Below, piece after piece: positions 61,336 through 64,000 of a stretch of 64,000 bases of DNA. The translations under genes and the position numbers were made by a program. Position 1 is the first letter of the stretch; each line of letters starts with the position of its first letter. The stretch is taken from NCBI GenBank assembly GCA_963754875.1, contig CAVWHO010000008.1:96001-160000 (forward strand), given 5' to 3'. The notes beneath the pieces are model-generated. The model was given only the letters and a program-made list of their open reading frames with translations, ran no database searches and was not told where the DNA came from. The stretch comes from Nitrospirota bacterium (lineage in GTDB: Bacteria; Nitrospirota; UBA9217).

Positions 61336-61683
61336 TTACGAACCGAATTTCACCTTCCAGACAGTATGTCCCTTATCGTCTTTAGATTTAACCAGGTTAT
61401 AAACAGGCGTTTTCTCAACCGGCGCGGACATTTGCTTGTTCCCTATCTCATAAGAAAATATTGCTTTAACTTGGACAGTCCACGAGCCGTCCTTATTAGG
61501 GCCGTCCTTTTTCAGGACCACGATGGGTGCTTGCATGGTAAGATCTTTTAAGGCTCCGCTTTCATTAATAGCTTTGATCACTTCTGCATCCGAGGGTCCA
61601 AATAGCTTGGAGCAACCAGAAAAACTGAACACAGCTACTATTAATAGCAGGAATGCAACATAATATATTGTTTTGGCTCTCAT
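61336..61683 (-). CDS. small lipoprotein of unknown function (copy 2)
   Basis: lipobox FSGC, 'FGPSDAEVIKAIN'; paralog of 54014..54355. Confidence 0.7.
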   Translation of the reverse strand: MRAKTIYYVAFLLLIVAVFSFSGCSKLFGPSDAEVIKAINESGALKDLTMQAPIVVLKKDGPNKDGSWTVQVKAIFSYEIGNKQMSAPVEKTPVYNLVKSKDDKGHTVWKVKFGS

Positions 61684-61778
61684 TTCATTCTCCCTCGTAA
61701 CTCGGAACGTTTTCCCAACAGACAGTAAGTGCAACCAAATCATTATCCTTCATTGCCATTGAAACTAGGACCGCTTAT

Positions 61779-61807
61779 AAAAAAGGGCGGACCTTTCGGT
61801 CCGCCCT
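61779..61807 (-). terminator. intrinsic terminator after the OmcB-like cytochrome
   Basis: AGGGCGGACC-tttc-GGTCCGCCCT preceded by an A run on the + strand. Confidence 0.75.
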
Positions 61808-61848
61808 GCGAAACAGTCTTCGAAATCGAGTTACAGTTTCAAAAGTAA

Positions 61849-64000
61849 TTACGGTGTATCGGCAATATCAACATCCTTGCCAGGTCCGTGACAAACCACA
61901 CAAGACTCGGGTTGATTTACCGTACCTGACGTGCCAACTACGAGTGAAGTGAGGCTGCCGCCCATCGTGGTCATGTGATCAGTTGCTCCGGGCACATCGC
62001 CATGGCATCCATAGCAGGGGATTTCATACAGATTGCTCTTGTATGAAGTATTGCCTGAATAATGGCAGATAGTACACCGCTTGATGTTCGCCGGGTACGT
62101 AATGGTGGACGTCGGGAGACTCTCCACGTTCCAAGTTTGTGGCACTGACCAGTCAATGACCGAGATGTCGCCATTCGCTTGGGCGGAATGAACGGCATGT
62201 ACACGGTTATTAATGGGTGCTGTCGATGCGCTAAGGCCTATGGAGGAATTACCGCGGGCCCCTACGTAGTGGCAGGCGTTACAGTCATCGGTATCGAACT
62301 TCGCGGCATGGTCATCGCGGTGCATAATCTCGTTGCCATGGCATCTCAGACAGCTGCTCTTGTTGTTGTTATCGCCGGCAATCCTCAGATCCTCGGTCGC
62401 ACTGCCAACCTGGAACTGTGTTATACCGACGGAAACGACCTGGTTAGGAACGGTACCACAACCAGAGGCCAACGTCTGTGTGTAGGTATTGCCGAGATAG
62501 ACACGGACAAAGTAGGTGCCCGGCAATGTGCCTGCTGGGATCGGCTGCAGCGCATAGGTCCAGCCCGTTGCCGTTGGCGTTATGTTAATATTAGTATTGG
62601 TGGTCGTACCGGTTGAAGTACTACACGACGACCTGCTCGCGGAAAAATAGGTGCCCAGCAGGGGGATCGACTTCTTGCCCGCCGGAAGGAAGCTCGGCCT
62701 GGGAGAGGTGCGGGGACCGTAGACATACATGTTGGCTAGGGCCAGGCTGTTGGGGTCGTAGTTTCCTACTTGATGACCGGCGGCTGCGGTGAGACCAGTC
62801 GGCACAGCGCTGCCATCAGGGTTGGTCAAGGTGATCGTGACGGTCGGTGTTTCACCTGAGACAAAATAGCTGCCGTTTGACGGGGTGCTCAAGGAGATGA
62901 CGATGTTATATTCCTGAGTATCCGGCGTACTAAGCGTCGTTACCACACCGGTCACTGGTGCGACAAACGTCGGCAGCGTAGTGCTGTGGACGGTCACGAT
63001 GTCCGTAAAATCACCAGCAGTTCCGAGGCCATTATGGCAGCCGGCGCACTGTACATCGGTTTTTGCACCAACGGGAACGGCGGTTTTTGTCGTAAACGTG
63101 CCCGTGTTATGCGTAAACGTCGCGGCGACGGTGCTCGTGGCCGCAGTGACGACGTTCGTGGTATGGCAGGAAGCGCAGACCCGGCCGGTCGGATGGGTCT
63201 TCCAGTTGCTGAGCGCCGTCAAGTCACCGGGGGCCGAGCCGCTGGGATCGCTATGACAGACATCGCACTTCTGGATCGGCTGCGGATAGGTGACAGGGTT
63301 TTCAACAGCTGCCTCGAGAATGTCATCCTGGTCAGTCCACGTTGAACCGTGGATCTCGTGAATGAAGACCGGGAGGTCGGCGGCGTCAGCTGCCATAAAG
63401 CCCGTGAGATGCTTGGGCGCGGAGCCGTACAATGCACTGTGGCAGAAGTCGCACTCACGGATGTCATTGCGGCTGTTGGCATGGGCCGCATTGTCCATAT
63501 ACGGACCGTGGCACTTCTGACAGGCCTGGATGGTCACGAACTGGCGCAGGGAAGCGATCGAGGTAGCAGCATTGCCAGCACCGGGATCACCAGCGATATC
63601 CAGGATGCCGACTGACTTATTGTATCCAACTGGCGGACTGCTCAACTCTATCGCTACACGCTTCTTGTTGGCAGCCGCATAACCGGCATTGTTGTAGCCC
63701 GGCCACGTTGAACCGAAGGGAGTAACAAAGGTATAAGCGTAATTGCCGTTGGTGGCATCGCTTACGTCAAGATTGTTGGTGGCAGGAGTTGTAAATGTTG
63801 ATGATGTTGCCACCGCTGCTGCTTTACCTGGCGTTTCCGAAACCCACATCTCGTAGTAATCGGTTGAAAAGGTGTTATCACCGGTGCCTGCAGGGACCAG
63901 GTCGGCGATCTTAAAGCTCAGATTGCTATTGGTAATCGTAGTGACAGGCTTATTACCGGTTGTGGTTGCAACATGGAAAGCAACCTTTGCGACACCGCCG
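61849..64000 (-). CDS. OmcB/OmcC-like (MtrC-fold) multiheme cytochrome c, 5'-truncated by the window edge
   Basis: frame open to the window end (..KIADLVPAGT..TDYYEMW); 10 CxxCH visible in 5+5 arrangement; YVYGPR domain; final ESCVVCHGPG. Confidence 0.85.
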   Translation of the reverse strand, partial: GGVAKVAFHVATTTGNKPVTTITNSNLSFKIADLVPAGTGDNTFSTDYYEMWVSETPGKAAAVATSSTFTTPATNNLDVSDATNGNYAYTFVTPFGSTWPGYNNAGYAAANKKRVAIELSSPPVGYNKSVGILDIAGDPGAGNAATSIASLRQFVTIQACQKCHGPYMDNAAHANSRNDIRECDFCHSALYGSAPKHLTGFMAADAADLPVFIHEIHGSTWTDQDDILEAAVENPVTYPQPIQKCDVCHSDPSGSAPGDLTALSNWKTHPTGRVCASCHTTNVVTAATSTVAATFTHNTGTFTTKTAVPVGAKTDVQCAGCHNGLGTAGDFTDIVTVHSTTLPTFVAPVTGVVTTLSTPDTQEYNIVISLSTPSNGSYFVSGETPTVTITLTNPDGSAVPTGLTAAAGHQVGNYDPNSLALANMYVYGPRTSPRPSFLPAGKKSIPLLGTYFSASRSSCSTSTGTTTNTNINITPTATGWTYALQPIPAGTLPGTYFVRVYLGNTYTQTLASGCGTVPNQVVSVGITQFQVGSATEDLRIAGDNNNKSSCLRCHGNEIMHRDDHAAKFDTDDCNACHYVGARGNSSIGLSASTAPINNRVHAVHSAQANGDISVIDWSVPQTWNVESLPTSTITYPANIKRCTICHYSGNTSYKSNLYEIPCYGCHGDVPGATDHMTTMGGSLTSLVVGTSGTVNQPESCVVCHGPGKDVDIADTP

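Overview
A mostly core-genome bacterial window. Gene order and content (tandem DUF507 genes, alaC-hom-...-apgM-lysC-cimA, xerC-hslVU-argB, Geobacter-like cytochromes) suggest an anaerobic Nitrospirota or Desulfobacterota-like organism; this is inference. 1-8 kb: thioesterase, DsrE-like protein, pgk, pfkB, YtxH, copA, Mut7-C. 8-34 kb: a long minus-strand run (rodZ, PilF/Tgl-like TPR protein, mtnP, hfq, miaA, mutL, three M16 peptidases, dut, EF-G2, rseC, cimA, lysC, apgM-like gene, a TusA-MoeB-JAB-MoaD-NIL sulfur-carrier cassette, hom, alaC). 34-53 kb: rpsF-ssb-rpsR with an S6:S18 leader, DUF2232, two DUF507 genes plus a GAF-GAF-GGDEF gene, ECF sigma/anti-sigma/Spy-like operon, dprA-smg-topA-xerC-hslVU-argB. 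53-64 kb: an extracellular electron transfer (EET) locus with a porin, pentaheme and CxxxxCH lipoprotein cytochromes, an MtrC/OmcA-family decaheme under a sigma-54 promoter, and an OmcB-like cytochrome. Each cytochrome unit is accompanied by a paralogous pair of a stand-alone GspC-HR-like secreted protein and a small lipoprotein; this is the most promising novel element. Many gene junctions carry inverted repeats built from 7-10 nt periodic arms. Eight single-base +1 insertions break six otherwise intact genes and are probably sequencing or assembly errors.
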